A stretch of DNA of 57,015 nt. Source: Batkoa obscura (Eukaryota). The stretch spans positions 1 through 57,015 of the forward strand of contig JASVEC010000104.1 of assembly GCA_030770535.1 (NCBI GenBank), in the 5' to 3' direction. This document shows positions 1-12,181 of this stretch, in pieces. Numbering within the stretch: position 1 is the first letter of the stretch; each line of letters opens with the position of its first letter. Both the position numbers and the translations under genes were made by a program. Under the pieces are notes generated by a model. The model was not told the DNA's origin. It searched no databases and saw only the letters and a program-made list of their open reading frames with translations.

Positions 1-1
1 G

Positions 2-1216
2 GAAAGAAGTAGTGTAACTAATTCGCCAGATCGTATGTATGATCCAAGGCTATTTTATATTAATAAATATAATAATGCTAATGGCATAATAATGAGTTCT
101 TATGTTGATGGAGAAACCATGATCCCAATGCTTAATTTTTATAATATTAAAGAAAAAGCATGGTTTAATAAAAATGTTTTTAACGAAATATTTGACGCAT
201 CAAACACAAAGTGCAATGTTTTTAAAAAATGTATTGTAACTTATTATATATTACAAAAGGAAACTAGATCAAGTCAATTTTATATCTCTGGCTCAGTTTA
301 TAATAAAGATTTAAAGAAGCGATATTCACTTAATTTAAAGTTATTTGACGTTCAGGCTAAAAGTATAATTACTGTTTACCAATTAAAAAATAATTCATAT
401 ATACGCCAGGTAGATATTAAACATAACAAGCTATATTATTTCAACGAATATTCAAATAATGAATATTTAGATGCTGATTTTAGTATACTATATGAGTTAG
501 ATTTAGCTACAACTAAAATCAAAGAACATCGTATCAATTTTGAGCGCTATTTTTCAATGCAATTTATAACATCAAACTCTTCCATTTATTTTGCTGGTAC
601 TAATTTTGATAACAGTGAGGAGGGGTTGGTTCATATTTATGAATTGAAAATTAGCCCATTTTCATTTTTAAGATTACCTTTTAACAATTTTGGGTGCTTT
701 AATTACTATAACGATTACTTAATTAATACTTTTGGCATTTTAAATGTATTTACCAAAGACGGTATTAGTTCTGAAACTACTGATAAATCCCAGTTCATTA
801 ATGTAAAAAACTGGGAGCAAGTTGGTGGTTTACCTTCATCTATAATTAATAATGAAAATTCAGCTAATCAAGATAGTAACAAAGAAACAAATAAAGTAAA
901 AAACAACAGCAATAATGACTATAATAATGGGTTATTAATAGGTAGTATTGTCGGTGGAATTATTGGGTTTGTTTTGATAGCATCAATAGTAATATTTATA
1001 ATGTATAAATACAAACTAAAGAAGCAAAGACCTCCAAGCATGATTATGGATCCCATTATTATTAAACCAATCAATCCATTAGATGCAAATAACAACTATT
1101 ATAATACAGAAGTATTCAGTCATTCCCATGAACTTGAAGATGACATAAGTCATATAATACCTGAAAAGTTGCATATTAAAGACGTAAGAGGGATGAATAT
1201 GCTTTTTGAAGAATAA
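2..1216 (+). CDS. Single-pass membrane protein with a probable Kelch/galactose-oxidase-like beta-propeller ectodomain (5'-partial)
   Basis: Frame is open from the window edge through the ATG at 35. Aromatic beta-strand-like repeats are followed by an Asn/Ser-rich linker, a TM helix (GLLIGSIVGGIIGFVLIASIVIFIMY), a basic stop-transfer KYKLKKQR and a cytoplasmic tail. The propeller assignment is by architecture only. Confidence 0.6.
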   Translation, partial: ERSSVTNSPDRMYDPRLFYINKYNNANGIIMSSYVDGETMIPMLNFYNIKEKAWFNKNVFNEIFDASNTKCNVFKKCIVTYYILQKETRSSQFYISGSVYNKDLKKRYSLNLKLFDVQAKSIITVYQLKNNSYIRQVDIKHNKLYYFNEYSNNEYLDADFSILYELDLATTKIKEHRINFERYFSMQFITSNSSIYFAGTNFDNSEEGLVHIYELKISPFSFLRLPFNNFGCFNYYNDYLINTFGILNVFTKDGISSETTDKSQFINVKNWEQVGGLPSSIINNENSANQDSNKETNKVKNNSNNDYNNGLLIGSIVGGIIGFVLIASIVIFIMYKYKLKKQRPPSMIMDPIIIKPINPLDANNNYYNTEVFSHSHELEDDISHIIPEKLHIKDVRGMNMLFEE

Positions 1217-2500
1217 AATTAAATGAGCTACTTTAATATTTTTTTTAAGTCATACATTTGTATTTAAAGTAAATTATTTTATAAGTTGACACTAAAATTG
1301 AAATTACTAAATTTTAATTAAAAGCATTGGGCTATATGAGTTTCATGAATTTATTTACAAAGCTCATAGTAAATGAAGGTTGTCAAAATTGGACTTAGAA
1401 TAAACTAGCTTATATCCATCCTTACAATAAATAAAAACTTAGATATCAAACTATTTTGAATTGTATTAAAAGCATGTAATAAACATTAATGCAAAAATGA
1501 AGGTCAAATTAAAAACTGTGCTACTTTCAACATCAGTTGAGTTGTTTTAAAATATCCGATACAATGTACTTAAACCCATTGTATAATTTTAACTAAATTG
1601 AAAGTTTATTTTACTTTAGAGTAGGTTAAATGTTTTGACAACCACCATTAAAAAACTAATATTAGGTCTTCTAGAATTAATGTCTAATAATTAATTAGAT
1701 CTATTATAACCTTAAAACTGAGACTAAAATTAAGGTGTTAGCTTGAAAGTTATGATTGGGTTAGTATTAAAAAATGGAAATCTAGTATCATGTAAAATCA
1801 ACTGCTTCGTATTAAGGGTTAATTACTATAAACTATATTATAAATTATTTGGGCAGTTCCATTGCTTCTTTTAGGGATAGAAAAACAACCTTCTTATTCA
1901 TAAAGCTAATAACAGGGAAATAAGTGAAAGGCTGTTATAACCAATCTAGATTCTTAAGATCGCGAAAACCTTAAGCTGCTTCAATAGTTAATAAGATTAA
2001 ATCAAATAATGAATAAATGGGGCAGATTACAAAGCAAGCATCTTTCGCTTGTTTTGGTTAGGAAAGTGAGACACTTGCGACTGACTTTTATCGTGTTGTA
2101 CTAAATTAAGGACTAAAAATTGATACCAAAATAATAGATTAAGAATACCATTACTTTTTGGATAATAATTCAACTTCTAACATATTATATAGTTTCAATT
2201 GTATTTAATTTTGAACCTTTATATAGTAAATTTAAACACTGTAATTGGTTTTTAAGTAAATTACACTTTTCTAGCAATTTCTATTTAACTATCTAAATAG
2301 TTCTTGAGATCAAATATTTATTAAACTATGAAAATAAAACACAGTTGAGCCAATCAAATCTTTCATTAAGGCCCCGTAATTCCCTTTCGTTCTTCCTACT
2401 TTTTCTCTTTTTGTTAAGCTCTCATTGATTTCTCTTCATAAATGAGCCATACCGTTGTCTTCTAGTCTGTAATAGAAAAAACATGTATTTATAAAGAATT

Positions 2501-2573
2501 ATAATATAATATAATATAATATAATATAATATAATATAATATAATATAATATAATATAATATAATATAATATA
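2501..2573. repeat. (ATAAT)n pentanucleotide microsatellite, about 14 units
   Basis: Perfect tandem ATAAT repeats read directly. Confidence 0.95.
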
Positions 2574-3637
2574 GTACGCTCGAATTTAGCTAATTCTACA
2601 ATGGATTTGTTTAAATATTACAAGCGAACACTTTGTTCTATGTCTCAATTCTATTTTTAATATAGAAACATTTAAAACTAAAGCTTAATCGCTTATAAGT
2701 AAAAATAACATAGATACTTATACCATATATACTTATACCATATATAATTTTTTGATATGGACAGTAATTAAAGAAATAGTACTTTATGCTGGGACTATAT
2801 AAATGGAACATTGAAGTGATAACACAATCTATTCCAAAATACTTTGATTTTATATCACTTTATCCAAGCAACTTCATAACATTTTTTAATTTATAAAAAC
2901 ATTATTCTAGAAAAACTAAGTACAGACCATTTTGAATTGGGGTTATGGAAAAATATTTTTATAGTGGTAACATAGCTTATTCTACTATAATGTCACTTTT
3001 TTACCACTTAAACTAAGCAATTGCATAGCTTTTTCTAATTAAGACCAATCTGACTATTATATATCCGATAAATTAGTGTGACATTTTAAAAACTGCTATA
3101 TTTTTAATTAAAGTCATCATATCATTGGCTTGATATTTTATTGCTTTTTTCTTTAATATAGAAGTTGCTTATTTCAATTAAACATTTATAGCTAAATATT
3201 CAAGTATATTAATCTAACTTTAGTTTTTCTTAAATATTAATATTAAGAATACAAAAAAGAATGTAAATTCACTTAGTCTGGACTATCATAACCTAAAACA
3301 GGAGATGATGAACCCAGATGTTTTCTTATAATCTAGAAGCCTCTTCATCGTACATACACCTTCTCTTTTTACATTTCTAGTCATGTTCATTTTTTGTTGC
3401 TATTTACTTATATCAACAAAGTACTTGTTAATCATTGGTTCTTTCAAAATAATAAAAAATAGAATGCTGATAATCTAGAAAAATAATTCCAATTTAAACC
3501 AAAAATAAAAATAAAATTGCCAAACATAAGGAAGTCCCAACTAAATTACTAAATATGGTATTCTAAGAAACCAAGGTAACTTAGAAGCTTATAAATAATA
3601 GCACAATTCTAGAAATTATGTTTTTATAAATGAATAA

Positions 3638-4903
3638 ATGAATAAAAGTATAAAATATAAAAACATAAAATGGAGAGTAAAGGTATTGGATATAGCTACA
3701 ATCCCTCTAAATGAAACAGATCAACCTAAAGATGACCTACCAACTGATTCCCCGGTTAAAGTTAACTGTGTAAATAGAAAATTGACCAAAAATGAAATAA
3801 CAGAAATGAGAATATTAAGTCTGAGAGACGGCAACTTTATCAACTTTAATTCCGATAATATCCATATATTATTAGATCCTGATATTTCTGACATTTCCTC
3901 TGACAACCCATTTCCTGAATATCATCAAAACAATGACTACTTAAAGGAGGATTTTAGAAATAAAGTCAAAGATGATAGTGAATCAACTTTTAAAGAATAT
4001 AGACTAGTTTCAAAAGACCATAATAAATTTGGTAGCAATGGTTATGGTCACAACGACCGAGGCAATAATTCAATAAGGAAAAGCAGTTATATTGAAGCTA
4101 GTGATGACGATAGCATTAGTTTATGTGATTCTTTTGATCAATTAGCTAAACAAATGCTAAAGCGAGAGACACTACTATATCAAAGTTATTTTGAATCAAA
4201 AGAAGCAGACTTTAATCAGAATTTAGTTCTAGAGTTAAATATGAGTGATCCGTATAGTCAAGATTTAGCTCTAGAATCTAGTTTAAATGATTCATGTAAC
4301 CAAATTATATGTGATGATCATAGATCTTATTCTATCCCTTTGAGTAACTCAATAAGTAATAATATAGCGACCGACGGTGGTAACCCCATTTTAGGGAATG
4401 AAAATGATAAGCTACAAGTATTGAAGCCTTTATACTACGATGATCAAGGATCTATAGAGGAATCAAAGCATCGGGGCGAACGATTAGATTTAGATGCTGA
4501 ATTCTCATTTGAAAATTTAAGCCAAGAGGAAGAACAAAATATCATTCCAACCATTCATTCTAGATACAATGACTTTTATCAAAATTATCAACTACCAAAC
4601 AGCGAGCTGATATTTGATTTTTTTTATATAAATCATTTACCACTATCAACAATTATTACTTTAAAGGAAGTAAACTATTTATTATGTATTAATGCAGATA
4701 TAATTCAACGACTATTGTTAAATTGTATGGCTTATGCAACGTTGTATTATTTAAAAAGGGACTTAAATCTTATTATATATTATAAACAACAAATCAAAGT
4801 TCTTTTAATCTATATAGCGCAAAATTATCTTTACAATATCAACTTAAGGTACTATAACATCTCTGTCAGTATTCTAACAATGTCCAATTTCTTTAATGAA
4901 TAA
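3638..4903 (+). CDS. Hypothetical protein; probable distant paralog of 6579-7397
   Basis: 421-aa ORF in AT-rich DNA. Shares a motif (FDQLAKQMLKRETLLYQSYFES) with the convergent ORF. The very AT-rich C-terminal part may not be genuine coding sequence. Confidence 0.55.
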   Translation: MNKSIKYKNIKWRVKVLDIATIPLNETDQPKDDLPTDSPVKVNCVNRKLTKNEITEMRILSLRDGNFINFNSDNIHILLDPDISDISSDNPFPEYHQNNDYLKEDFRNKVKDDSESTFKEYRLVSKDHNKFGSNGYGHNDRGNNSIRKSSYIEASDDDSISLCDSFDQLAKQMLKRETLLYQSYFESKEADFNQNLVLELNMSDPYSQDLALESSLNDSCNQIICDDHRSYSIPLSNSISNNIATDGGNPILGNENDKLQVLKPLYYDDQGSIEESKHRGERLDLDAEFSFENLSQEEEQNIIPTIHSRYNDFYQNYQLPNSELIFDFFYINHLPLSTIITLKEVNYLLCINADIIQRLLLNCMAYATLYYLKRDLNLIIYYKQQIKVLLIYIAQNYLYNINLRYYNISVSILTMSNFFNE

Positions 4904-6096
4904 ATAATACTCTCTTTATCTTCAATTATTAATATAGTGTATTTCAACTAAGATTTGCTTTTTTCTAATTTTGAGACAAGTTACAAGTACCAATTCATTC
5001 AATTAAAGTAATATAAATACTTAAGTTACAGTAATATATTGTTTAATAGCCTAAATCTATTATTTATTTATACAAATATTCTGCATAAATTAATTTCAAA
5101 TGAGAGTTAAAATTATATGTTTTTAAACTATTAGAATAACCCTTTTTACATGTTATTATTTAGTAGAGATGTACAATAAGCATATTATTTAATTGAAGCA
5201 CCTTAAATATGTTTGACTCATAAGTAATACTGTTTAAACAGTTGACGTAAATCGAGTCTATAAAAAATGCAATTAAGAATCAATAATAATAGATGATTAT
5301 AATCTATAGATAGAGTTAAAAATCGCTTTTATTTACAAAATTAACAGTCCTTTCAAAATCTTGGACCCTCTCGGTCATACTTTTACTAGTTTAAGCACTA
5401 TAGTAAATAAAACTAAGCATTTAAGAAAAGATTATGAGCATAATATTGATTATGATCTTTGATAATCTTTGTAAAAAAAAATTCCAATCGAAAAGACTAC
5501 AACTAAATTAAAAAAGTAGTTATCATAAACTTTGAAAAGACTAGTGATTACTAACCAGCATCTAAATCAAAATATCATAGTACATTGTTTAAAAATGTAA
5601 TTTATGCATTAATATTAGTATGTTATTAGCATCAATATCGATATTGGACTAGCGTTAATACTATTCTGAGCGTTAAGTTATCGTTAGTATTGATATTAGT
5701 ATCAATATTGTATTGAATTAGTGTCTAGTTAGGAGTTTTATCACTAAAGTTTATTTTTTTGCCAAAAATTTTGAAGGGTAATAAACGCCATTCAACTGTG
5801 TCTTCCTATTAAAAAAAACCTTACAATAGTGCTAGTGTTAAAGCATTTGATAAATCAAAAGGTTTTCTATCTAAATATAACCATCAAAAGTACAGATCAG
5901 GAAACAAATCAGCTCCTACTTTTACAATGGTATTAATAAAGTTTAAATCCCTTTTTACTTTCTTTTTTTTGCTTTCTTTTTTTTGCTTTCTTTTTTGCTT
6001 CAATTACAAATTAAGGCTGACTTTACTAACATTCTATGGCTTAATAAGATTTATCATCTCTTAAAAAGTCACCCTATTTTCATTATTATTTTATTT

Positions 6097-6187
6097 GGGG
6101 ATATATTTTTAAGGATTTTACTAACAATCTTTCCTCTCAAATAGTACTTAAAAGATAGAAAAAGTAATGAAACTAAAAAGTATCCTC
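6097..6187 (+). mobile_element. ~97-bp MITE copy 1
   Basis: GGGGATAT...TATCCTC ends, family core CTCAAATAG.ACTTAAAA, TSD ATTT/ATTT. Confidence 0.85.
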
Positions 6188-6578
6188 ATTTATCAGTAGA
6201 TAATCAGTATGTTGAATTAAATCACTAAAAAATAATATGGAAATGTCTTTTTCGGTTTCATTTACTTATTCATAAAAATTGAAAAAATATTAGTAAACAC
6301 TAAATCAAAAAAGATGTTTATATATGTAACTTTATAAGAAATAACTAAAAGCCACATTATAAGAAAAATACTTGGAAAAACTTAATTATTATACAAAGAA
6401 GGACTAAATAGTATAGATAAGTCAAGGGGATGTAAAAGTAAGTAGATAGAAAAGGCAGGTAAACAACTAATAATAAGTTATGTTTAATGTATTTTGGTAT
6501 AATTAGCTGAGGAAAGTTCTTAATAATCTCTTAAATAATACAAATAATTAGTATCGGTTAATTAAAACCTTAATGAAT

Positions 6579-7397
6579 TCATAAATCAAACTCAGTATCT
6601 AAATCCAATAATGGCTGGGATACTTCTGTGTTCACCAATGGGGATAGACTACCATTGTAGTCTCCATCATTTACTTCAACATTTGTATAATTCTCATAAT
6701 TACTCATGCTTGGTAAAATTAACGAATCTGCAAATAATAATTTTTTTTCATATATATTGGCACTAGCTGAATTTTCCTCTTTAATTAAATGATTTATACT
6801 ATCAAATGTACTAACATGCTCATTTTTCATTGATTCAAAGTAATTACGGTACCGCCTATTTTCCATTTCCAATAATTTTTTAAACTCTAAATTTGAATAA
6901 TCTAAAATTGAATTGTTATAGCTATCCTCCCTAGTCATCATATCATAGCCTTCATTTGCTGCATGTTTACTGTTTATTATATTTTGAGTAGCTCCCGCTT
7001 TATCAATAGAGTCAAAACAAATATTTTCATTCAAAGTGCCTTGATTTTTATTGTTAATCTTTTGATTACTCATGACATTACTATCCATAGCCTTTGTCCT
7101 TTCATATTGGCTTGAAGAGTAACATGCATCATTTTCTATGCTATTATTTGTATACGAATAAGCATGGTTGAACTGAACATGGATAAAATTCCCACTCCTT
7201 GATCTTTCTACATTCTTTTTAGTCTTTGCTTCTAATTTTGATTTCTTTGCTATTTTGTTGAAAGCTTTAGACATTTGAATACATTCCTTTATACCCTTGT
7301 CTTTAATGAAATGAAGTTTACAGGGTCCATTAACTCTTCTCATTTGAATCATATTTATACTACTATTTATTTCAATAATTCTTACTTTAAACTCCAT
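6579..7397 (-). CDS. Hypothetical protein; probable distant paralog of 3638-4903
   Basis: 272-aa ORF from the ATG at 7397; motif LEFKKLLEMENRRYRNYFES. Confidence 0.6.
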   Translation of the reverse strand: MEFKVRIIEINSSINMIQMRRVNGPCKLHFIKDKGIKECIQMSKAFNKIAKKSKLEAKTKKNVERSRSGNFIHVQFNHAYSYTNNSIENDACYSSSQYERTKAMDSNVMSNQKINNKNQGTLNENICFDSIDKAGATQNIINSKHAANEGYDMMTREDSYNNSILDYSNLEFKKLLEMENRRYRNYFESMKNEHVSTFDSINHLIKEENSASANIYEKKLLFADSLILPSMSNYENYTNVEVNDGDYNGSLSPLVNTEVSQPLLDLDTEFDL

Positions 7398-8173
7398 CAA
7401 TTTATTTCCTTTTTATACAAATTCAAATTTCCTTGCCATAAAACTCATCTTCTCTAATTACCAAAAATAGATTTGAAAATTCATTGATCTGAAAGTTCTT
7501 TTAGACTTTAAGCACATTTGGCTGCTGAGCTACGGCGAAACTTAGATAGACATATATAGCTATATTTTATTCTCGAGATGAGATTCTTTGCTTAAGTACT
7601 CTAAAGCTATGATCTGCTGGTTTATTACCGCATTGATTGATGCCATAATGTACACGGGACCCCTATACTGTGCTGACCTGTATGTAGTAGTTTACTTGTA
7701 TATGCCTGTCTATTTCTTTATTTAGGAACTAGTTTATTAACCTAATTTATCCACCAAGCTTGGTTAACCTTGGATTAAAATTTAATATTAGTAGCATTAA
7801 CGGGTATTTAATTTAAAATGAGTTAAATTACTTATTTAATAGTACCAATAAAAACAAATTAGCTTTATAATGATGAACAAATTATAAGGAGTAGCTATTT
7901 TATGTAGAGTTGATAAACTTTATTTAAGATGTAAAACTATTTAACTATTAGCAATTAAGTAATAAATTTTATTCATACACAATTGATTATTTTTAGTTAT
8001 TATGCCTAAAAGAGCGCAATTAATCATTGTAGCAACTACACTTTGCTTTATAAACCATAATAAATTATTTTGAAACACCTAAAATGTATAACTTTGATTA
8101 AATACATGAATTATTCTATAGAGTAAACCTTCAAAGTATAATACTTGTTTATAGTTTTATAATTTTAAAATAT

Positions 8174-8270
8174 GGGGATGTATTTTTGCGTTCAAGAATT
8201 TTACTAATAATTTTTCCACTCAAATAGCGCTTAAAAAGTGGAAAAAGTAATGAAGCCAAAAAACATCCCC
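8174..8270 (+). mobile_element. ~97-bp MITE copy 2 (closest to consensus)
   Basis: Perfect terminal inverted repeat GGGGATGT...ACATCCCC, TSD ATAT/ATAT. Confidence 0.92.
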
Positions 8271-9705
8271 ATATGGCTCGTTCAGAATTTACAGTAGTTA
8301 TTTAAGTTATAACTCTTATTATAAAACTTTCTTTAAATAGAGAAACTGTTCTTCATTCATTTATTAACTCTTAAAACAACTTAGTATTATACTGTTTTAA
8401 AAAATATTATTTAATTTATTATACATTTCCTTATATAATTTGATTATAGTGATGAATTACAGAGGTATCTACAAAAATAACCACATAGTCAATTAAAAAG
8501 TTTTTAATATATATATATACATTCTCAATTAAGCTTATTAAAACAAATTTGTTTTAAAAGTGGAAGTTTTACATCAAAAAAATCGTAAAAAAATAGTTTG
8601 AAACAGATTAAATATTTTTTAAAATCAAATAAATTATAGCTTATTTTATAATATTCACTTCTTCAAAATTGCTAAACAAAATTTATTTAGTTTTTGTTTA
8701 TTTGTACCAAATGTCTGTTTAGCTCTTATAAGTTTTTAAATTTACTTTGACTTATACTTAATCATTCCTTTATTACATTTGTAAAATTAAAATTAAGATT
8801 AAAATTAAAAATTAAAAACAAATAAGCTAAATACTATTTTCCACTCAAACATAAAATATATATTTTAATAAATGTATTGATATTATGAAATTTTCAATTG
8901 TATTTAAAAAAAGGTATTTATAATCTGCACTTAATTCAACGAAGGTAAATCAATAAACAATTTAATATATCATTTACATTTTAGTGCATATTTAAGCAAT
9001 TTATTTATTTGTTTAGCATTATTATTAAATCCTATAGTGTTAGAAAATTAAGGTAAAAAAATTAAAGTTACAACTTTATTGTTTTTATACATTATGTAGC
9101 TAGTGCAGATAAAGCCTTAACTAAAAGGGTTAAAAAATATGATGTTAAAATGGTGAAACTAAAATAAGACAGCTCTTTACCTAGTTTTAAAATAGTGTAC
9201 CATCTATAATATGAACTTCCATACTATGTTTATCTCTTATCTATCTGGGTATATATAACGTTAGTGATTTAGTTCATCTCTTATAAACTCTTAATAGGAA
9301 GTTATTTAAGCAAAAAATAAACCTAGTCTGTTAAGTATCTTATTTTTGACGGTAAAGTTTTAAACCCCTTTCTAAATAACTTACTTTTATTTGCTCATCT
9401 ATTATAATAATAATTTATTAAATTAACAGGGCCTAAGAACTTCTTAACGATTACTATTTATAAAGCACTGTAAGGTTTAATAAACTCTTGTAAAGTGTAT
9501 TAATTAGCACAAACATTAACAGTCTTGAACTACAAATAAAATATATATATAACATTAAACTCATCTTGTGTGTTTTCGATAATATAATTAAAAAAATGAA
9601 ATATTTAATGATAAATTAAATCTAGTAACAATGTATTATATAATCTCATCAAAATAAGGCATAAATCAACATGATAAGATAATAATTTAGTACTTTTATA
9701 AATAA

Positions 9706-10282
9706 TCAATGAATATTTCTAACTGCCTTCGAGGCCAATAGATTTTCGATGTAATGGTTCAAAACACTTAGTTCCTTTTCTTTGTTTGTAAAACTCTCTT
9801 TAACCTGCCTTAAATCATTTAGCTTCCCTATTTAATTTTAATTTAATTTCTACTATATTTTACTATTATTAAATTACTTCTTAATACTTCTTGATTAGCT
9901 GTTATCTTCCTACATTATTGTCAACAATTTAATTTAAGCTTATATTATTCTCTTACTTTATAAGTACTTCTTTTTCCTCAGATAAATTAGGTGGTATTGG
10001 AGAACCGTTTAATGGTGAAAAAAAGCTTGAGTTAAAACCATCCATTAATTTGCCTTGCTCCCTACAGGAATCACAAATAAACTGTAAATATGTTCACTTT
10101 AATTAAATGAAGCTAATTTACCTCCAAAACGGCTGGTATAAACTCGAAGTGCTCTGTAACTCCTCTTGCATAAAGTTAAGCTCACTATTAGTACTATTTC
10201 TTTTTGAGCTTCTACTTGTAAATACATCTATGTCTTCTGTATCATCGCCAAAATTTATTAATAGTTCTTCTATGGGTTCCAT
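9706..10282 (-). CDS. SCOC: Short coiled-coil protein, SCOC/UNC-69/Slo1 (DUF2205)-like, 4 exons
   Basis: Exons 10282-10122, 10061-9957, 9909-9878 and 9827-9706 join through GT-AG introns into 139 aa ending EEKEVLIKKITANQEVLRRKLNDLRQVKESFTNKEKELSVLNHYIENLLASKAV. This matches the SCOC pattern EEK..LI...VKE.....E..VL..YIENL. Confidence 0.78.
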
Positions 10283-11077
10283 GATTCTAATAATAATATA
10301 AAGTGGTTTTTGTTTAATTTTAGTCTCTTTTTTAAAAATGAAGATTTTGCATATTTTTCTAATCTGTTGAATGTGTTGTGCAAGTTAATTTAATTTTAGT
10401 CTTTGTAGATTTAGTTTACAACTTGTCATATAAGATTTCTTCTAATATTGTTTTCAATTTTCTTTTTGAAATGGTATTTTAAATTTAAATGTTAAAAGTT
10501 ATATGATATTAACCTGTATTAGTTTATAACTATTTATTAAAACTACTACCTCCTTTTATCTATAACCTAACTATAATAAACCCTTTTTTCTTTTTCTATA
10601 ACCCCCTAAAGCTTGACTTTTAATATACAAAATTGATATTGTTGTACAGTAGTTTTAATAAATCAATTTGTTTATTTGGGTCTTAAGGAAATACAAATTC
10701 AACTTACTATAATACATGCTTACATATTCATGTTATGTCGCTATTAAACAAAGCTTTATATTAATTGTATATTATAACGTTGAAATTACCTACGTCATTT
10801 GTGAGATAAGCTTAATTTTGATTTAAGTTATGTATAAAATATACAAATATATAAAGTAGAATAAATTTAAATAAAATTTATTAAAATAAAAAATATGGAA
10901 CAGAATAAGATCATAAAACTCCGATTATAAATCTGTAGTAACTATAGTTTAAAAAACAAGATGATCCATCTTACTAAACACTCAATTTAACTACTAATTT
11001 ATATAATAAAGGAAGACAATTTATTAATATTATTTTTAAAAAAGATTTGTTAAATTAGTTCATTTTTGACTTGTAAA

Positions 11078-12181
11078 TTATTTTGATGGTGGTAATGGCA
11101 ATGGCTTAACCTTTGAGGATGGTGATAAACCAGATGAGAGGCGAGTAGGTGGTGTTGGTAAATGCCTATGTGGAATTGGTGAGGCCCTGACATCTCTTGA
11201 TGCCAATGGTGGTGTACTAAGTTGAGAATGTGTGTTTGAGCTGGATGGCATATCATCTATTTTGATTTCCGGAGCTTGATTATTTGGTGAACCGCCTAAA
11301 GTTACATCATTACTTGAAGGCGACTTAACAGATCCCTTTGGGGTAGTTATTAATTTATGATCTAATTCTATTTGCTCTCTTTCTAAATAATAATTTTTAT
11401 AATGCAAATATCCAACAATAAATAACAGAACAATAGATAATCCAAATAAAGTATACGAAGTTATATTAGCTGCTCTTGCTTTAACACTTCTTTCAACCTT
11501 TAAAAGCGCCAATGTCCCATCTAAAACTGCCATAATACCAATTTGTAATAAATTAAACGCTGTACAAGGTATCACAATAATTTGAAAAGACTCGTTAAAA
11601 ACAAAGCTCATACAGCCAATAATAATTCCTAAAGCAATAGCGCATAACAATAATACTATCTCAGAAGGCACTATTTTATAAAATAAATTCATTGCTGAAA
11701 ACCCACCTGCGAATCCTATCATTACTGGGCTATACTTTTTAAGACTTTTTACTGTTGTTAAAGATATGCCTGATATCAATGATATTAGTCCAGTGGTTCC
11801 TACTATACTCCAAAAAAAACTTGTCGCAAATGGTCCGGTTGATTTAACTAAAATATAGTATCCTTGAGACCCTATAGCAAACGTTATAGCACCTAAATGG
11901 AATTAATTTACTTAGTTTGATTTTAGGTTGGTTGAATTACCAAAGAAATAAGAAGTGGAAACAAACGTAACTAAACTCCTTGCTCTTATATTAGTTATTG
12001 CAATAGTTAGTCCAAATATAGCTCCTAAACCTCCAAATACTATATAAATGATACATGCCCAAACTAGAGTAAAAAATGATTAGAAATTGAATTGCGTATA
12101 AAGTATATCAAGCTTTTGAACTATCTTTGCTCATTTTTACTTACATCCGATATTGGTATAATAAATATCAAAGTTTGCCAT
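11078..12181 (-). CDS. DUF4203/TMEM198-like multi-pass membrane protein, 3 exons, Pro-rich C-terminal tail
   Basis: Exons 12181-12145 (37 nt), 12063-11941 (123 nt) and 11892-11078 with GT-AG introns. Multiple Gly-rich TM helices (IGFAGGF) homologous to the other family members in the window. Confidence 0.75.

Noticed and set aside
5620..6000. Degenerate ATTAGTATCAAT-like repeats and a short (TTTTTTGCTTTC)3 run
   Set aside because: Low-complexity local repeats with no evidence of function.
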